Shown one piece after another: positions 25,251-38,124 of a DNA stretch of 64,000 bases. Positions within the stretch are counted from its first letter, which is position 1. Every line of letters starts with the position of its first letter. The position numbers were made by a program, and so were the translations under genes. Source of the DNA: Basidiobolus meristosporus CBS 931.73 (taxonomy: Eukaryota > Fungi > Basidiobolomycota); the NCBI GenBank assembly GCA_002104905.1, contig MCFE01000285.1:39142-103141 (forward strand), given 5' to 3'. The notes beneath the pieces were generated by a model, which did not search any database, was not told the DNA's origin, and saw only the letters and a program-made list of their open reading frames with translations.

Positions 25251-28200
25251 ATGTTAGGCAATGGAAAAAACACTATAGACAGTACTTCGATGATAATCCA
25301 ACATAGTTCCCCAATCCAAGATAACTTTGAGGCCCCCCCTTTTGTGAAGGTAGAAGCCCCTCAAGAAAAACCCTCCTCCGTTTCTCCTTCTCGATATGAC
25401 TCTGGCACCGACATGAGTTATTATTTATCTGTCAAATCGGACAATGAGAGCAAGTCTGAGCCCTTGGAGGAAGAGTACGAAAAATGGGATCTGCAGGCTG
25501 TACTTCAATGGCTTGATGACAACGATTTTGGGGAATACAAACAGAACTTTTCAGGTGATTATTTTTCCTGGCCTTGGACTGACTTCTCGGGCAGATTGGA
25601 ATTATTGACTTGCCCTTTTCCTTTTTTTTTTGAAGATAACAATATTCATGGAAGAACGTTCTTTGAGCTAACGCATAAAGCTCTGAAAAACCTCAACATC
25701 CCTACTATCACTGAGCGTGTCAGACTGTTAAATGCTACCAAGAAGATTGGACTACATCGAACCCGTAAAGATCGACGAGATTCTGTAAGTTCAATGGTTT
25801 TATTATGCGTCGATACTCTAACTGACCATCATGGATATCAACAGGTTCAGATTAATACTGAGCCACACGCAGACTCCGACCATGAGACTACACTGCAACT
25901 AGAGCTAACACCTGACTATGATAGCCGGCATGCGAAAAGGCCGCCCACTTCATCAATACCACAGCCACACCAATACCGTAATTCACCTCGAGAGACTACT
26001 CAGCCATATCAAGAGCATTACTATCCCAATATGAACCATGGTTCGTACACCACTTATGAAAATCCCATGAACTCTAGAGATGCTGCATCCGCACATGGGT
26101 ATCGTGATCTTTATGCTACATATCGTGACTATCAAAGCGCCAGTCGAGACTCGTTCGTAGCCGACGGGCATCCAGTGTATCAGGCACCAATTATACGACC
26201 ACGAGGTTCATCCAAAGATTATTTCCAGAATCCAAACATGAGCGGCTTCTCAACAGTATCACCGGTATCTTCGTTGACAGCACAAAACTCAGCAGCTACA
26301 ATTGCCATTACCCCACGGAGTTCCTCAAGAAATATTCGTTTTTTCTCCTCCTCTCCAGGTTCGCCGGTCAGCAATATCGATTCCAGCAGCACACTAAACG
26401 AGTATCCACCAATTCCTCCAAGAGGAGAGTCACTCGGCCACTGGCGGAGCAAAAACTCCCCGGTTAATGCTTCTTTCCCGACCGTAGGTTCATCGGCTGC
26501 GTCTATTACAACTATCACGCCGTCTCCAGTAAAAGAGAGCTCACCCAGCACGACTTATTTCTTGGGCTGGACATCCAAGACCCACAAAAAAACTCAAAGC
26601 TGTCCGGTATAAATTCCGACTTGTGTCAAACTCTATCATGCCCAAATCTAATCACTTTTCCTCTTAACATTCCACACTCCAGGATGATCTCATTCCCCCT
26701 CAGGTACATGCAAATCCCCTTTACTTAAATGTGAATTCCACCGCTGATTTTTGTTGTTTATAGAAAATTCTCCGTGTGAGACAGGAAAATAGCCCAGTAG
26801 TACAAACCATGTGTATACTGGATTTGGAAACACCACAACAGCTCTACGAGTTGATATTCCAACGCCTCAATATTCCTGATAACCACGAGAACTATTCTAT
26901 CTATGCTTGCCGGCAAGGAAGCTCAGGTATATAGTCAAATCTCCGGATGAACATCAATTATCTGGAACTAAACTGGCCGTTTTTAGTGGGAAAGCCGATT
27001 GATGAGCAAGAATTGTTCGAGCTATGTAATGAAGCGGAGGCTGTGGATCCCATCGAGCTGGTTGTTTGTCAAAGCCATCCTGATGCTTCCGACAAAGACT
27101 GTTATCCAAACGATGCTAGATATATATTCCAAGAGATGCCGAGTGCAGTCACAGTTTCACCAATTTCTCAGAAGGACTCTAACTATCTGAATGAAGGCAT
27201 CTTCGAGGACCCTCAGGATATCTCTGATGAGAATGCTACTGTGCCAGACCTCTATAAAGAGGACCGTGAAGACTCGCAGAAAGTACACGCATTCACTGAT
27301 ACTGAGAGCAAAGAGGATTTGTGCCCTTTACCTTCGATCCCACCGTCCCGTAAGAACTCAACCAGGCCCAAACTGCGCCGTAGAGCGTCCAGCTATGAGA
27401 GCCTTCGCCAGGGAACCAAGCAACCAAGCAAATCCAAAGAATCCACCCCTTCACCCACTGCAAACAACAATTCCGATGCTGGACATTCTGACTTATGGTC
27501 GAAACCTCCTTCCCCTGAAAATGCAGCTGCGCAAGAGAATAATGATAGCGACCTTTTGTTTCGGGTGGCCCCAGCCCGCAAGATCTCCCAGCCATCCCAC
27601 AACGGGCAGGTCTTTGGCGAACGTCCTTCCGCTGATCATATCTCTCGGAACCTTGACTTCTACTTCCCCAACCATGATCTAGACCAACCTATCATAGAGG
27701 CGGTTGCAGAGCCAACAGATCTGGAATCGAAGAAAAAAGTCGGACTGATCCACAAGAAGACTATTCGTGGCATTGTCCAGGAAGCACGAAAGAACTCTAT
27801 ACGTAATGGACAGCCTCTCCGTAGAAAAAGCACCAAGCTCTGGGATAGCAAAGTGTCAGAAGTCCCGCGAACCCGCGGCGTGAAAAGAAGAAATGTCCAG
27901 GTGGCTACAGACGAAAACAACCAGCCTATTCTTTTGGATAGCACAAATACACAGCCCTGGGTAACCGGTAATTGAATAAGACCCCATATACAGTGTCTAG
28001 AAGAAGTGACGCTCATCCAATTGGTTCTTATTGAATTTAGCATCCAAGATCCAATGGGTCAAAGGGTCATTGATTGGCAAAGGATCTTTCGGGAAGGTTT
28101 ACCATGCGTTAAACGCTGTCACTGGTGAGATGATTGCCGTCAAGCAAGTCGATGTTCCCAATATGTATCAATCTGTTCGTCAACAGAAAGCAGTGGTTGG

Positions 28201-29577
28201 TAGCACGCCATGGAAACCATTCGCCAGTTTGCCCATTAACAAGTATCGTTTCTTAGGCCACTTTGTATGCAGAGATCGATCTGCTGAAAAACCTGGAGCA
28301 TGAGAATATTGTTCAGTATTTGGGTAAGTTTGCGCCTGCCACGATTGGTCCGATACAGTTGCAGGGTAATTGCTAATGGATATATATATATGAAGGATTC
28401 GAGGTCACGGAAAATACAATCAATATTTTCCTCGAATACGTCCCGGGTGGAACCATAGCCAGCGCCTTGGCCAGGCATGGAGCACTTCCTGTTGACGTGA
28501 TAAAATCGTTTGTAAGACAGACACTGCTTGCTCTGGAGTATCTTCACGAACGCAAGATTTTGCACCGGGTAAATCCTTGAGAATAGAGGCCCTTTCCCTT
28601 GCTATTTGGTTATTGAGCTGGGTTTGCTTTCATAGGACATCAAAGGAGCCAATATATTGGTTGATACCGATGGCGTCTGTAAGATCTCGGACTTTGGAAT
28701 TTCCAAGAAAAATGGTGAAGAATTTCAGGGATTCTGCCCTTGGCCCCGGTATACTGACCCCACCGATTTGTTGAACATCTAGATGACCGTATCGCCTATG
28801 CCAGTGACTCGCGAATGTCCTTGCAGGGATCGGTATTTTGGTATGCAGGAAATCATGGATTGGCCATGTGTCGTATCTGGTTTTAACCCGTTTACACCAT
28901 GGAATAGGATGGCACCTGAAGTGATCAAGAACAACGGATATAGCGCCAAAGTCGACATTTGGTATGTTGTTGCGATGTTTTGTTCTGGACGGGGTCACTA
29001 ATTCTCCTTTGTTCAATGTAGGAGTCTTGGATGTCTGTTGATTGAGATGTGGTCAGGGCACAGACCCTGGCTAGAATTCAATGAAATTGCCACTATGTGG
29101 AAGGTAGGAGATCATGTTCAATCAAAGCTCCCACACACACGTCTGATAACCCCTATTAGCTTGGTACCATGCAAGGACCACCTCATCCCGAGAACCTGAC
29201 CGAGGAGGCGCAAGATTTCCTTGCGAAATGCTTAACCATGTATGTATTTTGTGATGGCACGCGAATCCTTCAAAGCTTCGTACGATTACTGAACGCTTGT
29301 GTTTAACCTGTCGCTTAGTGATCCTGAGGAACGACCCACCGCATCGGAGCTTCTCAGCCATCCGTTCTGTCAGCTGGACGAGAGCTTCAGATTCAGCGAT
29401 TTCTACACCATCGATCCCAACTTCTCCCCCAACTCCAACACCAAAACCAGCTGGACCTCCATCTCCCCGGAGCCCGCTGCCGTGGGGGAGGAAGTACGAG
29501 GTAGAGGGGGATGTGATGCCATCGAACACACACAGAAGCAATCCGATGATCTTGCCATAACTGTAAATCATGAATAA
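25251..29577 (+). CDS. BCK1: MAP kinase kinase kinase, Bck1/Mkh1-type, with N-terminal SAM domain (multi-exon; start uncertain)
   Basis: SAM-like WDLQAVLQWL...IHGRTFFELT...ERVRLL; RPSADHISRNLDFYFPNHDLDQPII resembles the Bck1/Mkh1 pre-kinase motif; WVKGSLIGKGSFGKVY, HRDIKGANIL, DFGISKK, MAPEV, KVDIWSLGC. Confidence 0.85.
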
Positions 29578-29777
29578 GATGACCCGATCACGAATCAACA
29601 TCGTTTGTAGTTTAACCCAGCCTGTCCAAATGTAATCTCTATTTCCCACGACTCACCATAATCGCCATTTTAATCTTAATTTTTTTCAATTCAATTTTCA
29701 CCGTCTCCCCCCTCCCCCCTCCCCCTCCTCCGCACCCTCTACTCACTCAATTCTTCTCAAGGACATTTCTCATCGGG

Positions 29778-30209
29778 ATGGAGCACCCGCTCCCAACCTT
29801 GCAGAACACTGTACCACCCCCCCTACCATACGAGAGGATGATTGAATTCATAAATACACACAATAAGGGAGCCTGGTCTTTTGTTTGTCAGCAGGATACA
29901 GATTGGAAAGGAGTGGATGGATTCTGTGTGGATGGGCCTGATGAACCAGATATAACCGTGGACTGTTGTGACTGCCAATCGGAATGGGAATTCGAGCGAG
30001 CGCTGCAGTCCCTTCATCAACTGGAAATGTGGAAGAGATGGGACAGGGGTAAGGGTAAGGGTAAGGGTAAGGGTAAGGGTAAGGCTAAGGGTAAGGGTAA
30101 GGGTAAAGGCAAAGGCAAAGGCAAAGGTAGACGAACCGATTCCGCAATCAAGACAAATACGTACGCACCGATAAAGCCAAGGTCGCATCCGAATCGTGAT
30201 ACAAGTTAG
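29778..30209 (+). CDS. Hypothetical small protein with (GK)n tail
   Basis: ATG-started 143-codon ORF after a pyrimidine-rich leader; no recognised domain. Confidence 0.3.
   Translation: MEHPLPTLQNTVPPPLPYERMIEFINTHNKGAWSFVCQQDTDWKGVDGFCVDGPDEPDITVDCCDCQSEWEFERALQSLHQLEMWKRWDRGKGKGKGKGKGKAKGKGKGKGKGKGKGRRTDSAIKTNTYAPIKPRSHPNRDTS
30047..30128. repeat. Hexamer microsatellite (GGGTAA/GGCAAA)n
   Basis: Directly visible. Confidence 0.9.
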
Positions 30210-31260
30210 GTAAGTGGCAGGTGAGCCATTGCAGACCTTTTCATTGCCCGAATCGGTCTCCACAAAACCGGGATATCACCTGCCATCTTGATGGTGCCCA
30301 GGCTAGGGGAATTACTGAAACGAGCGATGGGGCCTTCTGGTAGATTCGGTGTGGTGGTGCGGGTTGGGTCAGGGTTAGGGTTAGGGTTGAAGGTCGGAGA
30401 TCTAGCTTTATCGGGGGGATGCATGGCTCCTCCTTAAAGTGGGCCCGTATTAGTAACATTGGAATAACCGTTGAATCGTTCCTCGCAACCCCAATTCCTT
30501 GGATCCGCCTGATGCGGATCCATCAATGAGGATCTAGATTCAAATGTGAGGTAAGGCCCGTGAATTGCTGTGGCTATTCGATTGGAGCGAGCGAGGAAGT
30601 GACCCGATGGAGCCAATGAACGAGTGTGGATTCAATCCACCAGAGCGAACGATCCCCAAACCACCCAGATCGAAGAGGATACTGCTGGTGCTTACGAAGC
30701 CGTGTCCAACCGCACGGCCAAGAACTCACTATCTTACCAAATCCGGCAGGGAGATCGAATCAGCTTGGTAGGGTGATGGATTTGGTAAGGTTGCCGGATT
30801 GTTCGTCGCACAGATATATCATGTCTGGCCGGAGAACGCTGCCTCATCCTCGCCAAAAGCTAGACCAACTCCGCTTTGGAAATCCGGCTCGCCTTTGCTT
30901 CCATATCCTGGGCACCAAGCGTCTACCTAGCCGTAGCCGTAGCCGTAACCGTGACCGTAACCTTAACCATGTCCACTGCAACCTGTCCCTGGAGCCAACC
31001 ACAACCACGACAAATCAATCGCTACCGTTAATCGGCCAATTGGTTGAGACAGCAGCCCCGATAAAATCCCACTGGCCAATCGAACCGGCAACCCACCCCA
31101 AATCTCCGGCCAACCACCAGCCTGGGAGTTGTTGACAAATTGGACCAGTGGGTCTCCAGGGAAATTCTATAAATTCCGAGGCCCCCCTCCGGAGAAGAGG
31201 GAGAACTCCGACGTACCGAGTCCCTTTTCGAGTCCCCTACCACGTCGTACTCTCATCCAC

Positions 31261-32729
31261 ATGGGTCGTAAGAAGATCAAGGTTGTACACACATTCGATC
31301 GCTCCCCCCTCCCCTTCGTGATTTCCCATATTCATCGGTTTGTTTGGTACCCAGATAAAGACCATCGAGAATGATCGTCAGAAGACGGTGACCTTCACCA
31401 GGAGACGAGGTGGCCTCATCAAGAAGGCCCACGAGCTGGCGGTTCTGTGCGACTGCAAGGTCGTCCTTCTTATGTTCGACTCGAAAGACGAATGCCACAT
31501 GGTAGACCAACCTCCCTTTCCTCCCAAAGCTGTCGGCCTCCTAACCCCCAACCTCTCCTTCTAGTACTCCTCGGAGGAGAATCCCGAAGAGCTCATGGGC
31601 AAGTATTACAACAAGGAATTTCACTCAGGCGATTCAAAGGTAGGTCGGGCCCGATCACCTGGCTTCTGACGGCGTACTAACCCGCTCCTCATCGCCAACC
31701 TAGAAACGGAAGTTCTCGAAGCTCGACGACGAGTAAGTGTGATCGGAATCTTCCCTCAGCAACCCATCCCCTCGCCAACGGCTAACCTGTCTTCCACTCA
31801 GCCCCTTCACACCAGTCATCGTTCACGAGGACCAGGGTGCCACGTCCCCCGTGGTCAACGAGTACAAGATCATGACCGATGGGGACGGCTCCGAGAACAT
31901 CCAGGTCAAGCAGGTGAAAGGAACCTCGAGTTGCGTGTCCGCGGCGAGCCCCGGTAGTCAGCAATGCATCACCTTCGAACCGATCACGACCACGGTGGAC
32001 GACTATTTGGAGTCGATTCCTTCGAGCGGGCCTCTTAGTGAATCATCGACGTCTGCACCTGCACCCGTACCCGTACCCGTACCCACGCTCACGCCTGCAC
32101 CTATACCTGCACCGACATCAACATCGACACCTATACCCCCACCGGTACCCACATCCGCATCCACACTCACAGAGAATGTAGGATTGCCCTTTATGCCGCA
32201 AGAAGCGCAACTGCAGCCCGCCATCTCGGTACATACGCCGTTTCTTGGCTCGGCCAACACCGTGGAAGCCGCCCTCAACCCCGGCTCGGACACACCCTTT
32301 TGCTTCCCCGCGGGTGGATCGTACCCAGGCGTATGCAAAGGGGAACTGATGGAGGGGGTGGGGATGGGGATGGGAGTTGGGGCGGGGGTGAGACTGGATC
32401 TATGTGGAAGCGCCACCACCTCACCAGGCTCCGAATCCCCACCCGAGATGTATCCGCTCTACTCGAACCATGACCCGAGGGGGATTCCAGACCAGACGAT
32501 CCACTGTTTGGGTAAGTATCCGACGGACAGCCAGTTCCCAGTCACCCAGGACTCATCGTACATACGTGACCTAGAGAGGATTCAGCTACCAGGCGATCCC
32601 CTTTCGTACGCCAGCCAGCTGAACTACTTCCCTAACTTCGATCCGGGGAACCTGTGGGCCTGGCCGTCCGAGGAGAAACCCGAGCCGTTGAACCAGATGA
32701 TCTCGCGGTTGGCCTTCAAAGGAGCCTGA
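31261..32729 (+). CDS. MEF2: MEF2-type MADS-box transcription factor (Rlm1/Smp1-like), 5 exons
   Basis: Spliced N-terminus MGRKKIK|IKTIENDRQKTVTFTRRRGGLIKKAHELAVLCDCKVVLLMFD...|YSSEENPEELMGKY; Pro/Thr-rich C-terminal exon in frame. Confidence 0.9.
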
Positions 32730-33048
32730 TCTTCCTCCCCTAAGAACGTTTGTTACTTGTACGAACACACACCCACACACACACATTTTGTATATTCCGT
32801 TTACTGTCTTCCCTTGCTTTCCCTACCCTTCCCATCTCCGACATGCCCTCCTCTCACCACCACGCCCCTCTTGCTCGTCTGTTAAATTTGGCCCCCTCTC
32901 CCCCTCACACATACCCGTAGCATAGATCACCTCGCCATTCGCACCCGCCCACCTGTACCTTCAACTACGAAGTGTCAATAAAATTTTGAGCCCAGACCAG
33001 CGACGATGCCTACATATCTAGAGAGGATTTATTGAAGTGACCGGGTGG

Positions 33049-34900
33049 CTAACCGCGCAGCCCGGCCCTGTACCACTCGGGGGCTTCGAGCTGACCATCC
33101 TCCCGGGAGGAGTTGTAGTCGTAGTGCACGTAGAGCTCCTCCTCCGGGTCGATGTCCCTCAGGGTGCGGATGCACTTGATCTCCCCGAACCTAGGGTGGA
33201 AGTAGTGGTCGTAGTGACAGTTGTTCTCGAATCGGTGGTTGCACTTGTGTCCCAGGGTGGCCGTGTAGTGTCGGGTGTCCGAATAGGGCTTGGGCACGTC
33301 GATCACCGTGTCCGAATCCAGCGAGATCGTGTTGTCGTTCTGCGACCAATCCCTGGCGTCGACCTAGAAGGTGGTGGGTTAATCGGAGATACGGGTGTGG
33401 GTGTGGGTGTGGATGTGGATGCCAAAAGGTCGAGGAGGGTCAACGATTACCTCTTCGTGGGTGATGCGGATTCCGTTGTAAAACGAGGCCACCTCCTGAT
33501 AAGGTAGCATCGGTAAGTCACTACATCCAGACGAATCGCTAGGTCATTGCTCTTACCCCTTTGCGTAGACCTCGCTTGGCGAACAAGCCTTCTCCCGAGC
33601 CGGGGATCAGCGACGGCTTCACGTACACCCGGGATGTCTCGTAAGGATCAGGCAATAGGGGATCTTGAGAGATCCTGGAACGGGTAGATTTATCATGGGA
33701 GTAGGTCACCTCGGAATCTATCGGGGAATATACGGTATCGGATTAGCGGGTGGATTGGGATGGGATGCAGTGAATGGATTTCCTGGAGTTCAGGGACGGC
33801 CGAACGTCACCCGTACCTTGTATCAGTTCCCCGTTCTTTGGAAGATAGTAGTGCGCGGTGACCATTTCTCCCGCCTGGTGGAACTCGTTAATGGGGTTTC
33901 CGGGGGAGGAGGCTTTCGCCGACCTGGCAGACTTCTTACCTCCCAAGTGCCTTTCAGGCAGCTGCCGTCTGGGAATTCGTAGGTGCAGGAGCTACCGGAT
34001 ACCTCACCCTCCTCATCCAAAGGCCCACAAAGACTGCCACCGTCCTAAGGGGAAACCAGGTTTGAGTTGAGCCGTGGTGCGGTGTGGTGTGGTGTGGTGT
34101 GGTGTGGTGTGGTGTGGTGTGGCGTGTTGAAAAAGAATGGAGTGGGCGGCCTCGAAAGTGCATATATGTATACCCTTGGAACCTACCTCGAAGTAAAACT
34201 TTCCAACTCCACAACGGACATTATCCTTGTAGACTCCCTCAAAGGTCAACTCGCCCTCCTCATCGTACTCCTTCGCCGGTCCGTTCAAGTCCCCGTGCTC
34301 GTAGGTGCCCTCTGGGGGGGGAGAGAGGAAAGGTTGGCTTCAGTAGGACCGGACGAGCGCGATGCGCTTAAAGACTTACCTAGATAACTGCCATCGGCAA
34401 AGATATACTTGCCGGGCCCGTTAAGCTCGTCCTCGAGGTACTCCCCGGATAAGGAACTGCCGTCTTCAAAATAGAGGCTGGCCAGCAGGAGGGAAAGAAG
34501 GAAGAGTCAGTGGGAGAGGCTCTCGCAGAGGAAGGTCCGTTCAACCCGGGTGCAAGCTCACTTACCAGCCGTATCCGTGTCTTCACCAGAAGAATGCAGT
34601 AAAAACGGTTAGCCGTCTGTTAGAGCGAGAGAGAAAAACCCCCCGGTTGGGAAGCGTCGTGTCGGCTCAGGCCAGGCTAGGTACTAATTACCCACCTTCG
34701 CTCCAGATCTGTCCGAACGAAAAAAAAACCTACTTTTCACCGTGTTGGAACCCCCCTTCGAATCTCACGTTGGAGGCCTCATAGGTCAGCACCCCTTTGC
34801 CGTGATAAAGACCCTCCTCGTCGTACTCCCCCTCGTAGGAAGGAACCTCCACCACGTCCATGGAGTCCTCATAGTCGCTGAACTCTTCCGCGCTCGACAT
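33049..34900 (-). CDS. SETD7: SETD7 (SET7/9, KMT7)-like lysine methyltransferase: MORN repeats plus SET domain (multi-exon)
   Basis: LNGPAKEYDEEGELTFEGVYKDNVRCG, LLPDPYETSRVYV, GEGLFAK, FYNGIRITHEE, NTISLDSDTVIDVPKPY, LGHKCNH, HPRFGEIKCIRTLR, EAPEWY: colinear with human SETD7 as recalled. Confidence 0.93.
34076..34122. repeat. (GTGTG)n pentamer microsatellite in a SETD7 intron
   Basis: Directly visible. Confidence 0.9.
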
Positions 34901-35209
34901 GATGCTGTGACTAGTTGGGAAAACACCGAAAAGAGCACTCTCGGATTCCCAACGGACCTTAGTGGACTCAAAGTCCGATCCCAGTCGAACCAATCCCCCA
35001 CCCCTACCGAGCGAAATCTCAAGGGCGATTTTTTGCATTCACGGGTGGATCAGTCGGTCAAGCAACCGACGCCGACCAGTGGTGAGGATATTTTTTTAAA
35101 GGAAATTTATTTGCGTGTTAGGTCAACAACGTATAGAGAAAGGTTGGGTTTCCAAGAGGTTGATGTCTACGAAACTCAAGGCTATTTTGGGTCCAGGTGA
35201 TGGATAGAC

Positions 35210-35538
35210 TTAGTTAGCCTTTCTGCGGAAAGAACAACCTTCGGTCAAACGGGCACGACCACCGGTAGGCTGGCAGAGGACAGTAGCGCAGGAACCGCAC
35301 AACACAACAGTTTGGGCGTGGGAGAAGACGGTGGTGATGTTGAAACAACCAGGGCACTTAACATCCATGAAGTAGGAGTTGGGGGATTGCACCAAGCGCT
35401 TAAGCTTGTGAGTGTTCTTCTCGTGCTCAAGAGAGGGGTTAAGGAGATCGACAGCCAACTAGACAGTGGGGATGGAAAGGTCAGTCATCCATCTGGTACA
35501 AAGGATCCATCCTTCTACAGCTGATCACTTACCACCAT
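35210..35538 (-). CDS. RPS27: 40S ribosomal protein S27 (eS27), 2 exons
   Basis: MV|LAVDLLNP...[21 protein letters not shown]...[27 protein letters not shown]; intron 35459-35532. Confidence 0.98.
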
Positions 35539-35818
35539 GTTTTACGATTGTACACCTGGATGGACCGCTAGACAAGCGAAAAAGAGAGAATCCATGGCGT
35601 TTGGAAATTCAATTTATACCACACTCGCGACCCTTTTGCGGCAAGGGTCCTTCTGATTGGATAGATCAAAATCATAATTTTGGATTTCGCTCGCTGGCTG
35701 GTTTATTTGTGTGGACGGCAATGATGGGTGGTGAATTGGGAAATAGGAAATGGGAATTGGGAATTGGGAATTGGCAGTTGCAATGGTGGATGAGTTGGAG
35801 ATTGGATGGTCATGCTGT

Positions 35819-38124
35819 TTACGAGCTCATGGTATATTCGATATCTTCTACTTCCTTGGGCGCGGTGACCGACAAGATTATCGGGTCCTCTTTGCCAACA
35901 AGGACGTTGTCTTCGATTCGGATTCCGATTCCTTGGTACTCCTTGGGGAACTTGTCGTCATAAGGCACATAGAGTCCAGGCTCTACAGGTCAACCAACAC
36001 TGAGTTAAATCTGGCCAAACCCGCGGGAATATTGCAGTGGCTTCTTACCAATTGTGACCACCATGCCGGACTTGAGCTTACGGCTACGTGTCATGTCGAA
36101 TGTGTCGTGGAGGTCGAGACCGAGATAATGACCAACATGGTGAGGATACAGAATTCTGTCCACATCCTAGAGCCACGTTGTCAGTCGACTGCAAAAATAC
36201 ATCCTGAGCCATGCGCACACCTACCCATTTGTCCAGTTTGAAGCCGAGCTTGCCTAACTCGTCCTTCATTAGCCCCACCGATTCGTCGTGAACTCGATTC
36301 AACGAGTTGTTGTTGTCCTCCGTGCACATCTACATTGAAGGTACAACCAGTCAGTGGCCGCCGCTACATCGTCAGGAAAGTCCTCTGACCTTGATGCACT
36401 GCTTTTGCACGCTCAGCACAGCTTTGTAGAGATCCTTCTGCTGCTTGGAGAATTTGCCGTTGACGGGCCAGGTGCGAGTGATATCACTGGCATACCCGTT
36501 GTATTCCTTTGGGGTCGCACGAGTTACTAACAACAAACCTACTTGAGCCTTGGTGAATACACAACTTACCCCTCCGGCATCCACGAGAAGTAGATCCCCC
36601 TCCCTGTTGATCGCAAAGATTAGCCGGGATCAGTGAATATATACCATGGAAGCAGTACCTCAACAATTGGTTGTTGTTGACATAGTGCATGGTTAAAGCG
36701 TTTTTGCCTCCAGCTACCACTGGCACGTAAGCCAGCATCTGGGAGCCTCTCTTGCGGCATTCATATTCAAACAAAGCAGAGATGGTCTGCTCGGATACGC
36801 CTGGCTTGGTTGCCTTCATTATCTGATGGGCGGGTTAGGTGCAAGCTGACAACTAGCCCAATCGGACCCTAGCTCACCTCGATGAAGCCCTTTCCACTGA
36901 TCTCGCCAGACTCCCTCATCAATCTAGCCTCTGCTTTGCTTTTGAACAGTCGGTGCTCTTGGATAATCGGAGCCAGTGGTCTGATTTTGGACGATTCGTT
37001 CTCTAAACCGGGAGATAAGAGGTCACCACGATGCTTCGCCCATGGAGTGAAGTTTGCAAATACCCTTGGACGTCAGCGACTTCACCGCGTGCTCATAGGA
37101 GTAGAGGGACATTGGCTCGGGGAAGTCTACATAGATCGGGCCCTCCGAATCGAAGAGCCTACGGATATGATGGCCAAACTTTGTAAACTCGTGCGCCTAA
37201 ATTCCCATTGAAGATCAGAATATAGCGCGTGCGTTTTGATACCATTCGATCCAACCTCATCCGCCCCAAAATAGTCGACCGCTGCCTCCAATCCAGCACG
37301 TGCCCCTTCCCACAATTCGATCTCTGGTTTCTTGGGCTGAACAAACATCGACATGGTGTATCCACGCTCAGTGGCGTCGTCCTTCTCTTAAGTAACCTGG
37401 ATTAAGCATCCGGTGGATTCCCGAGGCTTGGCGAAGTGCGCACTTACCTAACACCGTGACGGCGTCCGGTTGATTGTAACCTATAGAGAGTTGGGGGTTA
37501 CTTCGTATGCACGGGGCCAAGAAATTCGCACCATCAGTTGGATCCAAGACAAACCGGTAAGATACAGAAAATCGGTGTTTTGATGAAACGGGTAACTACA
37601 GTAATTCCGAAGAGACGCGTTAGTGGGCTCGCTTCATAAGTCGAGTTTCGTGTGGCTTGACACCTACAATATTTTGTGAGACATGTAACGTAGCCTGTGT
37701 CCGAATAAGATCACTTTGCTCTTCTCCGGCAAAGAGGTGATGAGCTTGGTTCTGCGTAGTTCGTATTCGACCTTGGAGATTCCGGGGGTAACTAAAGGTG
37801 GGGGTCGGTTGTGAATCGAGAACCTGAAGTGATTCTTTCCAAAACAGATACCAACTTTCGTCCTCCTTCATCAAATACGGGTGCGTTTCCGGACTAGGCT
37901 GGCCAAGAGAACGCAAGCCTCGTGTTGCCCCGAGGTTCAAGGCTAGGGAATGTTCAGTAAACAGGCACAGTGATCAGGTGTTGGGGATGCAATGCTGGCA
38001 CACTCACCTGGCTTTCTTAACAAGGGCTTGGTGATAATGCGCAAGGAATTCTACATGGTTGTCGAAAAGCACTCAGTCGTGTTGCTTACTCGGTCAAGGT
38101 GTCGTTGTAGTGCGCCCTTACCAT
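35819..38124 (-). CDS. ICP55: Mitochondrial Xaa-Pro aminopeptidase / intermediate cleaving peptidase 55 (multi-exon)
   Basis: Basic presequence; [71 protein letters not shown]. Confidence 0.92.

Noticed and set aside
30047-30390. Interstitial telomere or chromosome-fusion scar
   Set aside because: Runs are short and impure, and similar hexamer microsatellites occur elsewhere in the window.
21855-38124. A definite mating-type locus call
   Set aside because: No HMG, homeodomain, pheromone or receptor gene; ICP55 is not the MIP1 peptidase linked to mushroom MAT loci.
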